DNA of 64,000 bases from a bacterium. GTDB lineage: Bacteria > UBA8248. Shown here piece after piece: positions 40,967-51,239 of the stretch. The notes under the pieces were generated by a model that worked only from the letters and a program-made list of their open reading frames with translations, made no database searches and was not told the DNA's origin. The stretch covers positions 1,504,001 to 1,568,000 of the forward strand of contig OZ242260.1 in assembly GCA_965207065.1 (NCBI GenBank), in the 5' to 3' direction. Made by a program: the position numbers and the translations under genes. Every line of letters begins with the position of its first letter. Position 1 is the stretch's first letter.

Positions 40967-41428
40967 TCATTCCAATAATCCCGGCAATTCGGGCGCGACT
41001 TCTGAGATATTCCGGTTGATTTGTACGATTTCCTCCTCTCGTCCGTCCCGATCCATTTTGCGTATGATGGCCTGCGCCGCGAACATCGCGGAGCGAAGCA
41101 GGTGGATTTCCGCCTCGGTTCGCGGCCATTCGCGACGCTCCAGGGCCTCCATCGCGAGTTCGACCACGAGTCTGTCGGGTGAATTTTCCCGCCATTCGGC
41201 TTCTTTTCGAGGCGCTTCCACTGATCTGATTTCACCATGACGTTGATTTGTATCGTCCGGAGCACCGGTTTTGCTGCTTCTTCATGAAATTTTTCACCCT
41301 GATCGATCGCAAAACGGGCCGGAAAAATCCCGTTTTCTGCATCGGGTGCACTACATTTTGAGCGCGTGCACCTTCAAATTGCCCCGGCCCATGAGATACC
41401 AGACTGGTATCCATCATAGCGCAGCGCA
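40967..41428 (-). repeat. copy D of small RHH-like gene (frameshifted) plus candidate oriT
   Basis: TIQINVMVKSDQWKRLEK / SPDRLVVELAMEALERREWPRTEAEIHLLRSAMF; upstream hairpins conserved with copy C. Confidence 0.8.
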
Positions 41429-41938
41429 GGCCTGCTCGATACCAATTCAGTATCTCCGCAGGGGAAAGGCCATTCGCTGCTACCGCCGGTCACTCGATCC
41501 ATCCATATGAGGGGCAAGCGGAGCGCAGGCATTCGCATCATGGGCGACCCGCCACCTGAAAGATATCAGGATGGTATTACATTTTCCGGCGCGACGGGAG
41601 CACTCAGGAATACGAATTTTCACGGCATACTGCACGCAGTCGTATCACTGTAACACCAGCATCAGCGATGCGTCGGGTGTACTGAAAGAAACGCCGAAGG
41701 GCGGCTAGCGCAGGGATTCTTAGGAACGCGAGTCGAGGGGAATCATGCCGGTGAGAATGGCGAGCGGGAGCCGTCGCGGCGATTGAGCGCGAGGAGCAAT
41801 GCGGGGAGTTGTTCCTGCGGCAAGACCAGTGGAGTCTTCATCGTTGCCGGCGCAAGCGGCGCGAGCGTTGGTCGACGAGACGCAAAGGGCCGCGCCGCCG
41901 CCGGGCGGGGTGGCGACGCGACCCGAGGTGTTTTCGCG

Positions 41939-42898
41939 TCAGGCTGCAACGCGCTGGACGGGGATACCGAGGGTTTTAGCTTTGTCGACGAGGTTGTCGG
42001 TGATGCCCGAACCCGGGAACGCGATCACGCCCTTGGGCAGGAGTGCGAGGAGTTCGTCGTTCCTGCGGAAGGGAGCGGCCCTGCCGTGGGCGTCCCAATC
42101 CGGTTTGCAGACGACCTGGTGGACGCCGTTCCGCTCGGCCCATCCCGCCGCTATCTTCTCCGCACCGGGGCCGCCGCCGTGGACGAGAACGACGTCGGCG
42201 TACTTGGCCTTGACCTTGTCGAGGTGGCCGATGATTTTGCCCGCATCGCTCGCCTCCTTGCCTCCCGCGACGGCGACGAGGGTTCCCTGGGGCAAGTGGG
42301 CCGTGTTCTCGCGGTCCTTTCTGGCTCGCTGGAAGTCGCGCGCCTCGATGACAGCGGAGGTGAGCTTGCCGGTCTGGCTGACGTGGGAACCTCGCCTCGG
42401 CCGCCATACCTCGCCGGTCTCGATGCGGTAGGCTTCTGCTGCCGTGTCCCTGAGTCCCTCGAAGGCGTCCCTGCGCTCCGTGAGGTTGTTGGCCCGGTCG
42501 GTCTTGAGTTCGAGTTCACGCGACCTGATCTCGGAGCCGTCCTGCTCACGCTGTAGTTCGCGGACCCCGGGGATGAGCCTGTCGGCGGCGCGGTCGAGGC
42601 GTTGTGTCTGTGCGTCCAGGGTGTTGACGAAGCCCCAGAGGAGGTTTCTTCGCTCATCCGCGAGCTGCGTTCCATCGGGCACGGCTTCTGCGAGTGCGCT
42701 GAAGGCCTTGATGACGGCGGCGGTTGCTTCGCCCTCGTCCCACACGGGGCGGTTGTCGAACTCATCAGGCCCGGGCGTGGCGCCGAACAGGGCGGCCTGC
42801 TCGCAGACCATGGCGGTGAAGGATTCGTTCTGCGCTTCGTGTTCCGTGTGCTCGTGCATGTTCATCTCCTTGTGGTCATGAGTCGCGGTGGCAGTCAT
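41939..42898 (-). CDS. DUF2493 (SLOG-fold) domain protein
   Basis: VAVAGG, LVHGGGPGAEKIAAGWA, PDWDAHGRAAPFRRN, AFPGSGITDNL. Confidence 0.8.
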   Translation of the reverse strand: MTATATHDHKEMNMHEHTEHEAQNESFTAMVCEQAALFGATPGPDEFDNRPVWDEGEATAAVIKAFSALAEAVPDGTQLADERRNLLWGFVNTLDAQTQRLDRAADRLIPGVRELQREQDGSEIRSRELELKTDRANNLTERRDAFEGLRDTAAEAYRIETGEVWRPRRGSHVSQTGKLTSAVIEARDFQRARKDRENTAHLPQGTLVAVAGGKEASDAGKIIGHLDKVKAKYADVVLVHGGGPGAEKIAAGWAERNGVHQVVCKPDWDAHGRAAPFRRNDELLALLPKGVIAFPGSGITDNLVDKAKTLGIPVQRVAA

Positions 42899-42947
42899 CG
42901 TTCACTCCTTTCAGTGATTGGGTTTTCAGCCGTTGGTTCGGTTGTCC

Positions 42948-43319
42948 TCAAGCGAGGGGATGGTTGAATTCGGGAAGAGCGAAGCCACGCTCGTTGCGCC
43001 CCACTTCTTTGGGCATCTCGTCGAGATATTTGGCTGCCCACTCGGCGGCGCGTGCGAGGACGTCGCCGTGGCACGGGAGGGGCCAGCAGTGACAGCCGAG
43101 CTCGCAGCCAAGGAGGTCGGCGAGTTCGTAGAGGTCGAGCTCCTGGCGCTGGATTTTTCCCCACAGCCATCGCCGGTATTTCTCGATCACGACGTCGCGG
43201 TCGCCGTCGGCACCGACCCGGAAGGGGTTTCCCCACTTCGTCATGCGGTCGATCCTGACCAGCAAGCCACTGCCGTTTTCTGCGATATAGTCGTTCAGGT
43301 TCACCACGGTGGTTTCCAT
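42948..43319 (-). CDS. DUF4326 domain protein
   Basis: IDRMTKWGNPF, VIEKYRRWL, LGCHCWPLPCHGDVL. Confidence 0.85.
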   Translation of the reverse strand: METTVVNLNDYIAENGSGLLVRIDRMTKWGNPFRVGADGDRDVVIEKYRRWLWGKIQRQELDLYELADLLGCELGCHCWPLPCHGDVLARAAEWAAKYLDEMPKEVGRNERGFALPEFNHPLA

Positions 43320-43354
43320 GCCTTTCTCCTTTCCAGAGAGTTAACGGATATGCT

Positions 43355-43585
43355 TCTTAGCGCCTCATTTTCAGCACGTAAGGGCATCGGGCGGTGTTGC
43401 CGATGCCCGTAGGCGGGCGAATCAAGGGCTTGTCATTTTCCGGGGGGTTCCCGAAAAACACGGTTCATAGAGCGGCGCTCCTGTTTTTTGCCGCTCGACG
43501 TTTTTGGGGGGGCACCGGCAAATGATGGCCGCTTGCGGCCACCCTTTATTCGCTCGGCGTTCGTGCTAAAATGAGGACGCTAAGA
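43355..43585. promoter_or_regulatory. 230-bp imperfect fold-back, candidate single-strand promoter/ssi
   Basis: Arms TCTTAGCGCCTCATTTTCAGCACG and CGTGCTAAAATGAGGACGCTAAGA, inner paired segments and two side hairpins. Confidence 0.6.
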
Positions 43586-43976
43586 GAGAGACATCAGTAC
43601 CGCCACCGGGACACAAGAGTTTTTGGTGTTTCACGATGAAGGCGAAGCTCATCGGGAAACATCCCTTCATGCTGCGGAAAGGGTCATTTCGGGCCGTTTT
43701 TTCCGGCCCGAAATTCCCGCAGCGGGGGGTGGACCGAGCCACTGTCTTGAGTATGGAGTGAGTGCAGGCGCCTGCAGATCTTCCGTGAACATGGTTTACC
43801 GTTCACGGAACCGGAGATTCCTCGGGTGCTCCCGGTAGACGAGAGAAGCCGACAAGGCGGGAAAGACGAGTGCCTCATCCATGGCTGCGGGAGAGGGTGT
43901 TCGGGGCATGACGGACCTCCTCTGGATAACAAGCAAAAAAAGGGGCCGGCGCCGTAACGCCGACCCCCCGGGGTGA

Positions 43977-44417
43977 TCAGAATGGAATGTCTTCGCCCAC
44001 TACGCCTGCCGCCACCACCGCCGTCTCGGGGTGCGCGCCATTGCCGTTGCCATTTCCGTTCCCGTTCATCTTCTCCAGGAACTGCACCCGCCCGCCGGGC
44101 GCGATGAGGATCTCGGTCGAGAACCGGTCCGAGTCTTCCTCGTCCTTCTTCCAGCGCCTGGTCTGGAGCTTGCCCGCGACGTAGACCAAGCGGCCCTTCT
44201 TCGCGTGCTTTTCGAACATGTCCACCAGGCCCGGCTGGAAGGTGACGACCCGGTGCCACTCGGTCTTGTCCACCCGATCGCCGGACTGCTTGTCGACGTA
44301 GCCCTCGTCGGTGGCGATCGAGAGGTTGGCGACGCGTCCGCCGCTCGCGAGATGGTTGATGGTGACGTCGGCGCCGAGACGCCCGATCAGTTCCGCTCTG
44401 TTGAGTCCGAATGCCAT
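43977..44417 (-). CDS. ssb: single-stranded DNA-binding protein
   Basis: LNRAELIGRLGAD, KTEWHRVV, GKLQTRRW, C-terminal DIPF. Confidence 0.95.
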   Translation of the reverse strand: MAFGLNRAELIGRLGADVTINHLASGGRVANLSIATDEGYVDKQSGDRVDKTEWHRVVTFQPGLVDMFEKHAKKGRLVYVAGKLQTRRWKKDEEDSDRFSTEILIAPGGRVQFLEKMNGNGNGNGNGAHPETAVVAAGVVGEDIPF

Positions 44418-44814
44418 TTTGATTCTCCTTGAAGTGTAGTGTGGATGATAAAGTCGAGGAGCCGGAAATCCTTTCTCTCCGCCCCCCGGTTCGCCCTAAA
44501 CGCTACAGAACTCCTCCGTCTCGCCTTGCGCCTCGTCGCGCAGCTTGCGGATCGTGTACGCGTCGAGTCCGAGTTCTGCGAGCAACTCATCTGCGGTGGG
44601 AATGTCGACGTCGTAGTCGTTCTCGTACATGGCCAGGCCTCCTCTCGCGTTGTCGCCGGCGGCGGGAACTGGAGACCGTCTCCCTCTCCCTACCGGGCAT
44701 TTGCCCGGCTCTCCGCTTCACTCTCACTCTCGAGGGGAGGTCTTCATCCGGCGGGGAGCGCTCACGGAACGCGCCTGCCCTTGCATCGGGCCCTGAATTA
44801 TTGTCGGATGAGGC

Positions 44815-45231
44815 ATGGACGGACGAAGGCGCACGGGAAGATTCAGGTTCTGGTTACCGGCGCTCCTGTGGCTGCCGGCGGGGATGATTGCGGGCGAGGT
44901 TCTGCGCACGGGCTCAGCGGAGCAGGTGATGACACCCTCCTCGCTCATGGAGTTGCCGGCGGTTGCTCCGTTCGGCCTGCCGCTGGCGCTCGCCTGCCGG
45001 AGGCTGGCCCGCTCGGGCTATCCGGGTCCCGCCCTGGTGGCGTGGTTGGCGCTAGGAGCCGCCGCTGTGGCGGACCTCCCCGGTGCGCTGCCCGTCGGCG
45101 TTCAGGTGATCCTGGTCTCTCTTCCGGTCTGGCTGGCGGCGTGGCGGCTCACGCCGCGGCCCCGCGGCCCGGGATTCGCCCCCTCGTCACGACGACCGGA
45201 GAGCCGGAGGTTTCGCGGTCCGTTCCGGTGA
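44815..45231 (+). CDS. hypothetical membrane protein
   Basis: GAGG RBS; several hydrophobic helices. Confidence 0.45.
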   Translation: MDGRRRTGRFRFWLPALLWLPAGMIAGEVLRTGSAEQVMTPSSLMELPAVAPFGLPLALACRRLARSGYPGPALVAWLALGAAAVADLPGALPVGVQVILVSLPVWLAAWRLTPRPRGPGFAPSSRRPESRRFRGPFR

Positions 45232-45374
45232 CGGTCGTCAAACCCTCCCTCCCCGGCCGGGTCTGACCCTCCGTCGGCGGCCGGCCGGCTGCGCAGCAGG
45301 GCGACGCCGTACCCTCCCTCCCCGCTCGGTTCCGGCCCCCGCCGTCGGGCGGACGGCTGCATGTGCAGGCGCGC

Positions 45375-46190
45375 TCACCAGGGAGCCGCGGTGAGTTTCG
45401 CCATCACGGAGATATCCTCAACCACCTCGACCTCCTCCCGGGAGAGTTTCGCGAAGGCGAGGCACATCGCCACCTCCTCCCAGGAGTCCAACGGTCCGTG
45501 CTCGATACCCGTGGCGAGCTCCACAACTGTGTAGCGTGGTGGATGGACGGGCATCCCCCTGTGCACGCCCGAGGAGTGCCAGGAGCGCGAAGCGCAACGG
45601 GCGCACCTGGCAGCTCCATCAGTCGGCGATGAGCAGTCAACACATGCCACGCGAGCGCGCCTTGCATGATAGCGTGCCCGGCTCGCGGCGTTCTTGCGCG
45701 GACGGCGCTTCGAATCCCTTGCGGTGCACGAAGCGCAAGTAGAAGCGTTGTCGATTACTTCCGCCCCGCACCGTCCGCATCGCCCCCCGGCGCGCCTTTC
45801 GGCGTAGAGCTTCCTCTCGGCCGCCCGGCGTTCTTCGCGGCAGGGCGTGCAGACCGCGCTTCCTACAACGGGCGCCTGCCGTCCGCACATCGCACAGAGG
45901 CCCGCCTCGCGTCGTTCGCGTCTTCGCCTCCTGTTCCTCTCCCGCGCCATGCGCCGGCGGCTCTCGGGATCCCGCCCGCCATATCGAGTACCCTCTGATT
46001 TGGCTCTGGCGTATCGGGCTTGTTCGGACTTGCGTCCTCTCTTGAGGCAGTTCGCGCAGAGGCTTCGCTCGGGCACGGGAGGATGTTTGCCGCACCTGGG
46101 GCACATGCCCCGCGCGCGGCGCTCGGCCGCGCTTCTCCTGTGGCGTTCGCGCTCATAGGCGCGCCTGGTTTCCGGATCCTTGTGAGGCAT
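45375..46190 (-). CDS. Arg-rich protein with repeated CxxC pairs (putative multi-Zn-finger)
   Basis: Four units of CxxC-x~9-CxxC separated by basic helices; GAGG RBS. Confidence 0.65.
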   Translation of the reverse strand: MPHKDPETRRAYERERHRRSAAERRARGMCPRCGKHPPVPERSLCANCLKRGRKSEQARYARAKSEGTRYGGRDPESRRRMARERNRRRRRERREAGLCAMCGRQAPVVGSAVCTPCREERRAAERKLYAERRAGGRCGRCGAEVIDNASTCASCTARDSKRRPRKNAASRARYHARRARVACVDCSSPTDGAARCARCASRSWHSSGVHRGMPVHPPRYTVVELATGIEHGPLDSWEEVAMCLAFAKLSREEVEVVEDISVMAKLTAAPW

Positions 46191-46702
46191 GGGATTTTCC
46201 TCATGTGTCGGTGAAGTCGTACGGCCGGCAGTGGGCCGGCCAGACGTCTTGCGGGCTCATCCCCGGCTCATCATCTGTCCCCAGACGAGGTGCTCGCCCC
46301 ACAGTTGCAGGCCGCTGGCGGGGATTTTGATCCCCGTACAAATGATGAGCTCGTCCCGGGCGGGACGCATCTCCCTGACAACACGCCGCGAGGCCGTCAC
46401 GCGTTTTCTTCTGCGCCCCGCGCTCTCCCCTGCGGGCAGGGGTCTGAGTTCACCCCCGCCCGAGGATTTGTAGCGCCTTACCTCGTAACGCTCGTCCGCC
46501 AGGCCCTGTCCCAAGAGATGGGTGAGGAAGGGTGCTTTCGTCTTCTCGTCTTCCCCGTACAAATGATGAGGTTTCCGAGGATTTGTAGCATCGCGCGCCT
46601 CCTTGCAAAGGTGAATGATGGCGGCGGAAGCGAGCCTCTCCCGGCCCTCTTCCGCCGCCCCCTCCCGGCCAGGCTCCGCCTCTCCGAGGCGCGAGGCGGG
46701 GA

Positions 46703-47035
46703 TCAGGGAGCCGGGTCGTGACCGTGAAGCTCCTGCTCTTCGAGGTCGCGGAGGTGTGCGTAGCGTCCGGTCCTCGTCGTCCAGTCGAAGCGCTCGCCGT
46801 GATCGTCGGGGAGCCGGTAGCGGGTGAAGGCCGTCCAGTCCCCATGGCGGAACCCCCGCCACAGGACGCACGAGAGGGCGGCGATGAAGGCCCAGAGAGC
46901 CGCACAGAACCAGACGTCCCAAAGGAGGCGGAGTCCGCTCCCGGCCGCGAGAGAGAAGATCGTGGCGAGGAGCGCGAGAGCGGGTCCCGCCAGAACGAGG
47001 GCCCGGGCGTATGGGGAAGGATTCGGGTCACTCAT
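46703..47035 (-). CDS. small hypothetical membrane protein
   Basis: GGAGG RBS; two TM helices. Confidence 0.5.
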   Translation of the reverse strand: MSDPNPSPYARALVLAGPALALLATIFSLAAGSGLRLLWDVWFCAALWAFIAALSCVLWRGFRHGDWTAFTRYRLPDDHGERFDWTTRTGRYAHLRDLEEQELHGHDPAP

Positions 47036-47416
47036 GGGTCGCGCCTCCAGGGATGCGGGTGAGGGGAATGCGGGCGCCGCCCGGCCTCTCCGGCCAGGCT
47101 CCCGCACCCCCTGACGGCCCGGCTCCGCCTCTCGCCGGCGCGGCAGCGGTCTTCGCGGAACCCCTGACGTCCTCATCCCGAGTAGACGCGTATGCGCCGT
47201 TTCGAAGGATGGGGGGGCACATCTGCCCGGCGGGCGCGAACTTCGCCGTTCGACGGGCTCGGGACAGCCCCTTCGATACGCGGCTTCGCCGCTACTCCGG
47301 CCGAGGCGGAGCGGCGGCCGTCCCGGGATGAAAATGAATTTCCGTCATTCCCGGACCCGGAAGTTGCGCATCCACTATTAAAGATGCATGTTATATATGT
47401 ATTTGGAGGGTGTCTG

Positions 47417-47778
47417 ATGAGGCTTACGGTTCAGACAGTCTACGCTCTCAGGATGCTCATGCACCTGTCCTGCCACTCCGGCGCTCTGGTCACGATCCAC
47501 GAGATCGCGGAGCGATACGGGATATCGAAAAATCATCTGATGAAGGTCGCGCATTCATTGAGGCGCGCAGGGTTTGTCGAAACGAACCGGGGCGGCGGGC
47601 TTCGGCTCTCGAAACCGGCGAAGGCGATTCTTGTGGGAGCCGTGGCGAGACGAATGGAACAGGGCAGCGCGCTCGTCGAATGCTTTCCCGGGGCAGAAAG
47701 GGATGCCTGGTCGCGCCGATGTTGCGTGCCGCCGTCATTGGCGCATCACGCAGTTCCGGATGGGAGGATTCCACATGA
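47417..47778 (+). pseudogene. Rrf2/NsrR-like regulator, frameshifted
   Basis: MRLTVQTVYALR, ISKNHLMKV, GGGLRL, LVECF. Confidence 0.8.
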
Positions 47779-48056
47779 TTGAGAATGTGCCGGCGGGACT
47801 CGTCAGATTCTACGGAAGCAAAGTATTCACCGGGAAGACGGTTCCCCAAAAACCCGGGACCCTGCACGATGCGAAGCCCGGCATCCGGGGCGGAATCGTG
47901 GTTCCTGACGGTTGCCTCGACCATGTCGTTCCGTATTCGCCCGAGCGGCGTCGCCGCCTCGAGACCGGCGACTACGGCGTCATCCGGCCTGCCGGGCCCC
48001 GCCGCGTGGGACTTCCCGGAAAAGTTCGGTTCAAGCTGGAATTCACCGGCGCATAG
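47775..48056 (+). CDS. DUF1971/TehB-N-like cupin, possibly degenerate
   Basis: SKVFTGKTVP..HDAKPGIRG; ATGA-coupled to the Rrf2 gene. Confidence 0.55.
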   Translation: MIENVPAGLVRFYGSKVFTGKTVPQKPGTLHDAKPGIRGGIVVPDGCLDHVVPYSPERRRRLETGDYGVIRPAGPRRVGLPGKVRFKLEFTGA

Positions 48057-48059
48057 ACA

Positions 48060-48340
48060 CGGACCGGAATTCGCCCGGACGCGCAGCCGCGTCGGGGCGC
48101 CTCGCCCCCTCTCATCCGTTGCAGTACGCCCGCGAGGCCCGGGAGTGGCGCAGATCATGGATCCGCACGCCCTTAATGCCCGCGCGCTCCCTTATGAGAC
48201 GTCAGGCCCCGTCGACGTTCCTTAAGCGCGTCCCCGGCTTCCTGCCGGGGGTCACCCAGGTCTCCCCGGGGTGGGCGGGAGACCCGGGAAGAGTTTGAAC
48301 GCGGGCCCTGAGAGCGAAACGACCCGCGCGCCCGCCTTGG
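48060..48340 (-). pseudogene. tyrosine integrase C-terminal remnant
   Basis: PGRKPGTRLRNVD..IRERAGIKGVRIHDLRHS; homologous to 51430-51650. Confidence 0.7.
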
Positions 48341-48595
48341 AGTCTTAATGCCAGAAAGATCAAAAATCAGGAGTATGAATCAATAAGTTGGAACCAATGC
48401 GAAACTGAGTGGAATCAGGAACTCTGTCAGCCGCAGGAGTCAAGATTTGCGGCATCGCACGTTCCTGATGGTGCGGATGCGTTCCTGTGAACATACCGGG
48501 CCGTTGCGACAAAGCGCAGAATGCGGATAACATCGAGGATCATCAACTCTGGACTTCGCCGATTCGTTTGCGTTTACCGGGAAAGGAAAATTACG

Positions 48596-51070
48596 ATGAG
48601 GATCGCTTTGGCGGCAGCCGCCGCTTATGTAGTGCTGGCGGTGATGATATCCCATGCCGGACCTCTCGCGCCGGCCCCGCAGGTCATCGCCGAATACGAC
48701 CGCAAGTTCATCGAGCGCTCGGGTGCTCAGACGCTCGAGGAGCTGTTGGACACCGGCATCATCCGCTACTTTTTCACCGGGGGACGAGATCTGCTCGTCC
48801 TGGTGAACGGCAGACCCTACGCCACCACCGGCCAGAATCTGGATTCCCTGCCGCTCTCGGCCGTGGAGCGCATCGAGGTTCTGAGAGGCGAGAGTCTGAG
48901 CACGCTGGGCGGCCACGCCGCCATAAACGGCGCGTTCAATATTGTTCTCAGAAAGGACCTGGACGGCTTCGAGATGCGTACGGTTACGCGGATGCCGAGC
49001 CGGGACGGTGGCGACGGCTGGCAGGGCAGTGTCTTCTGGGGCGGCGCGGTCGGCAAGGGAGGACGCATGACCATCGGCGCAGACATACTGGACCGCCAGG
49101 AAATCCTCGGCAAGAACCGGGAACACAGCCGTTCCGAGTGGGTCGAGGGCGGCAGCTTCAGCCAGGCCAAGAATATCAGCGTCGGCGGCAACACCGTCTA
49201 TGTCTCCCAGAAAGACGACCAGGGAGCACCTACCGCCTTAAGGTCGGTGCCACTGGGGGACTGCGACCCGGCGCAAGGTTATGTCGGCCCGCTCAGCAAT
49301 CCGCCCGGTATCCGCACGGGCGACAAGGGCTGTGGTTACGCCTATGGAAACATCTGGTGGGATACACCCAGCTATGAGCAGAAGAGCGCCATCCTGAACC
49401 TGGAGCATCCGCTCGGAGAGGACGCCGAACTCCATCTGGACGCGAACATCAGGCAGGGCCGCGGGGCGTTCCGCTACGCGCCGTCGGTCGACGCGTTTTC
49501 CTTTACGCCGAACGAGACATTGCTGGATGAGCTCAAGCGAGCAGCCGGCTCCGACTTCCAGTTGGGAGAAAACGACGAGTTCGTCGTGGGGCACCGCTTT
49601 ATCGGCCACGGCAACCGTGACTGGGTGACGGATACCGAGGAATACGACGTTTCCGCAAGCGTCGAGGGTCGTCTGGGTGAAGGTCTCGGCTATGACGTGC
49701 GCGTCAGCGCCTACCGGCTGGACAATTCCGTGTCCGGCGACACCTTCGTGCATGCCGGCAAGATCAGGGAAGAGATCGAGAGTGGGAGCTACAACCTCGT
49801 GAACCCGTTGGACCCGCGTAATTCCGCAGCGATCAAGAACAGCAGCTTGCGGCAGGAGGAAAATATCAGTTCGGAGTATCTTGGCGCCCGTCTGGCGCTG
49901 GAGGGCTCCGGCTTCGCTATCGGCGGGCGCCAAACGGCATGGACCGCAGGGGTCGAGCTGGGGAGCGTGGACGCGCACCGCCTCCTGGTCTTTCGGGACA
50001 AGGACGGCTATACCCATAACGTGACCGAGGTGCTCGGTTCCGGCGGAACCAGTTATGCCGGCAAGCGCGACATCGCCGCGGCATTTGCGGAGATGTCCTT
50101 GCCGCTTACCGACAAACTGGAAATCAGGGTCGGGGGGCGAGGCGATGAATACGACGATATAGGCGGATTGGAATCGTGGCGTTTCGGGGCCGAATACCGG
50201 CTGACCGGCATCGTCACGCTGCGCGGCTCGTGGAGCGCGGGCGAGACGTCGCCCTCGATGCGGCATATCTACAGCGACGCGTCGCAGGACCACCCTTATG
50301 TCGTTTGCGACCCCGGGAGCGGACCGCCGCCCCGCACGTGCGATAGTCCGAACTTCCGGCAGGTGACGCGCGAGACAAGCGGCAACCCGGGTCTCGACCC
50401 TGCAGGCTCCGAGATGCTTTCTTTCGGCGCCGAGGCCCGCAAAGGGCCGTTCTATCTCGTCGCGGACTGGTATCGGCTCGCAATATCCGACCTGCCGGGG
50501 CAGAACACCGCCACCTGGGCCATGTTGAACCTGCAAGAATGCCAGGGCGGCAACCGGAATGATTGCATCGAGCGCATCGGCGGCGACATCACCATTCACG
50601 ACAGCTTTGCGAACATTGTCGATACCGAGATTTCGGGCGTGAATTTCCGATACGGCGCGCGCAAGAGAACGGATTGGGGCGTTATCGGGTTGCGCGGGTT
50701 CTGGCGGCACGTCATCAGTTCCGAACAGCAAATCGCGGGCGAAAAGCGGCGGCATCCCCTCCCCCGGGATGCGGTGCGCGTCGTAGTCTCGGCCGGGCGT
50801 GGCAATCTCACCGCTTTCTGGTCCACGAACTACCGCTCCGAAATCGAGAGTGAGTCGGGCGAAGGGAGGTTCAAGTCCTGGACCGGCCACGATTTGACGC
50901 TCGACTGGAAGCGGCCGCTGGGGCTGGAAAGCATGCGGGTGACCGCAGGCGTGTACAACCTCACCGATGCCAAACTCTCGACGAATACAGCCAACCCCTC
51001 CGTTGCGGACGGGCCCAGAGCGGCCGGCTGGGGCCGCACCTTCTTCCTCACCCTCAACATGCGGTTCTGA
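48596..51070 (+). CDS. TonB-dependent receptor (824 aa)
   Basis: Signal peptide; LVLVNGR, IERIEVLRG-like plug motif, GVYNLTD, terminal GRTFFLTLNMRF. Confidence 0.9.
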   Translation: MRIALAAAAAYVVLAVMISHAGPLAPAPQVIAEYDRKFIERSGAQTLEELLDTGIIRYFFTGGRDLLVLVNGRPYATTGQNLDSLPLSAVERIEVLRGESLSTLGGHAAINGAFNIVLRKDLDGFEMRTVTRMPSRDGGDGWQGSVFWGGAVGKGGRMTIGADILDRQEILGKNREHSRSEWVEGGSFSQAKNISVGGNTVYVSQKDDQGAPTALRSVPLGDCDPAQGYVGPLSNPPGIRTGDKGCGYAYGNIWWDTPSYEQKSAILNLEHPLGEDAELHLDANIRQGRGAFRYAPSVDAFSFTPNETLLDELKRAAGSDFQLGENDEFVVGHRFIGHGNRDWVTDTEEYDVSASVEGRLGEGLGYDVRVSAYRLDNSVSGDTFVHAGKIREEIESGSYNLVNPLDPRNSAAIKNSSLRQEENISSEYLGARLALEGSGFAIGGRQTAWTAGVELGSVDAHRLLVFRDKDGYTHNVTEVLGSGGTSYAGKRDIAAAFAEMSLPLTDKLEIRVGGRGDEYDDIGGLESWRFGAEYRLTGIVTLRGSWSAGETSPSMRHIYSDASQDHPYVVCDPGSGPPPRTCDSPNFRQVTRETSGNPGLDPAGSEMLSFGAEARKGPFYLVADWYRLAISDLPGQNTATWAMLNLQECQGGNRNDCIERIGGDITIHDSFANIVDTEISGVNFRYGARKRTDWGVIGLRGFWRHVISSEQQIAGEKRRHPLPRDAVRVVVSAGRGNLTAFWSTNYRSEIESESGEGRFKSWTGHDLTLDWKRPLGLESMRVTAGVYNLTDAKLSTNTANPSVADGPRAAGWGRTFFLTLNMRF

Positions 51071-51239
51071 GGGTCCGTCGGACAGCTTCGGGAGGGGTGC
51101 TGCTTTCCCGGCTGAGCCGGGAAGGGCTTCGGGGTGGTATCCGGGTGCGGGCGTCGGGGTCGGCATGCTCTCGGGCGCGACATTCATGCCATCGCTCAAT
51201 ATCGGCGTGCGCAGCTGCTTCCGGGACCGTCCTTCGCAC

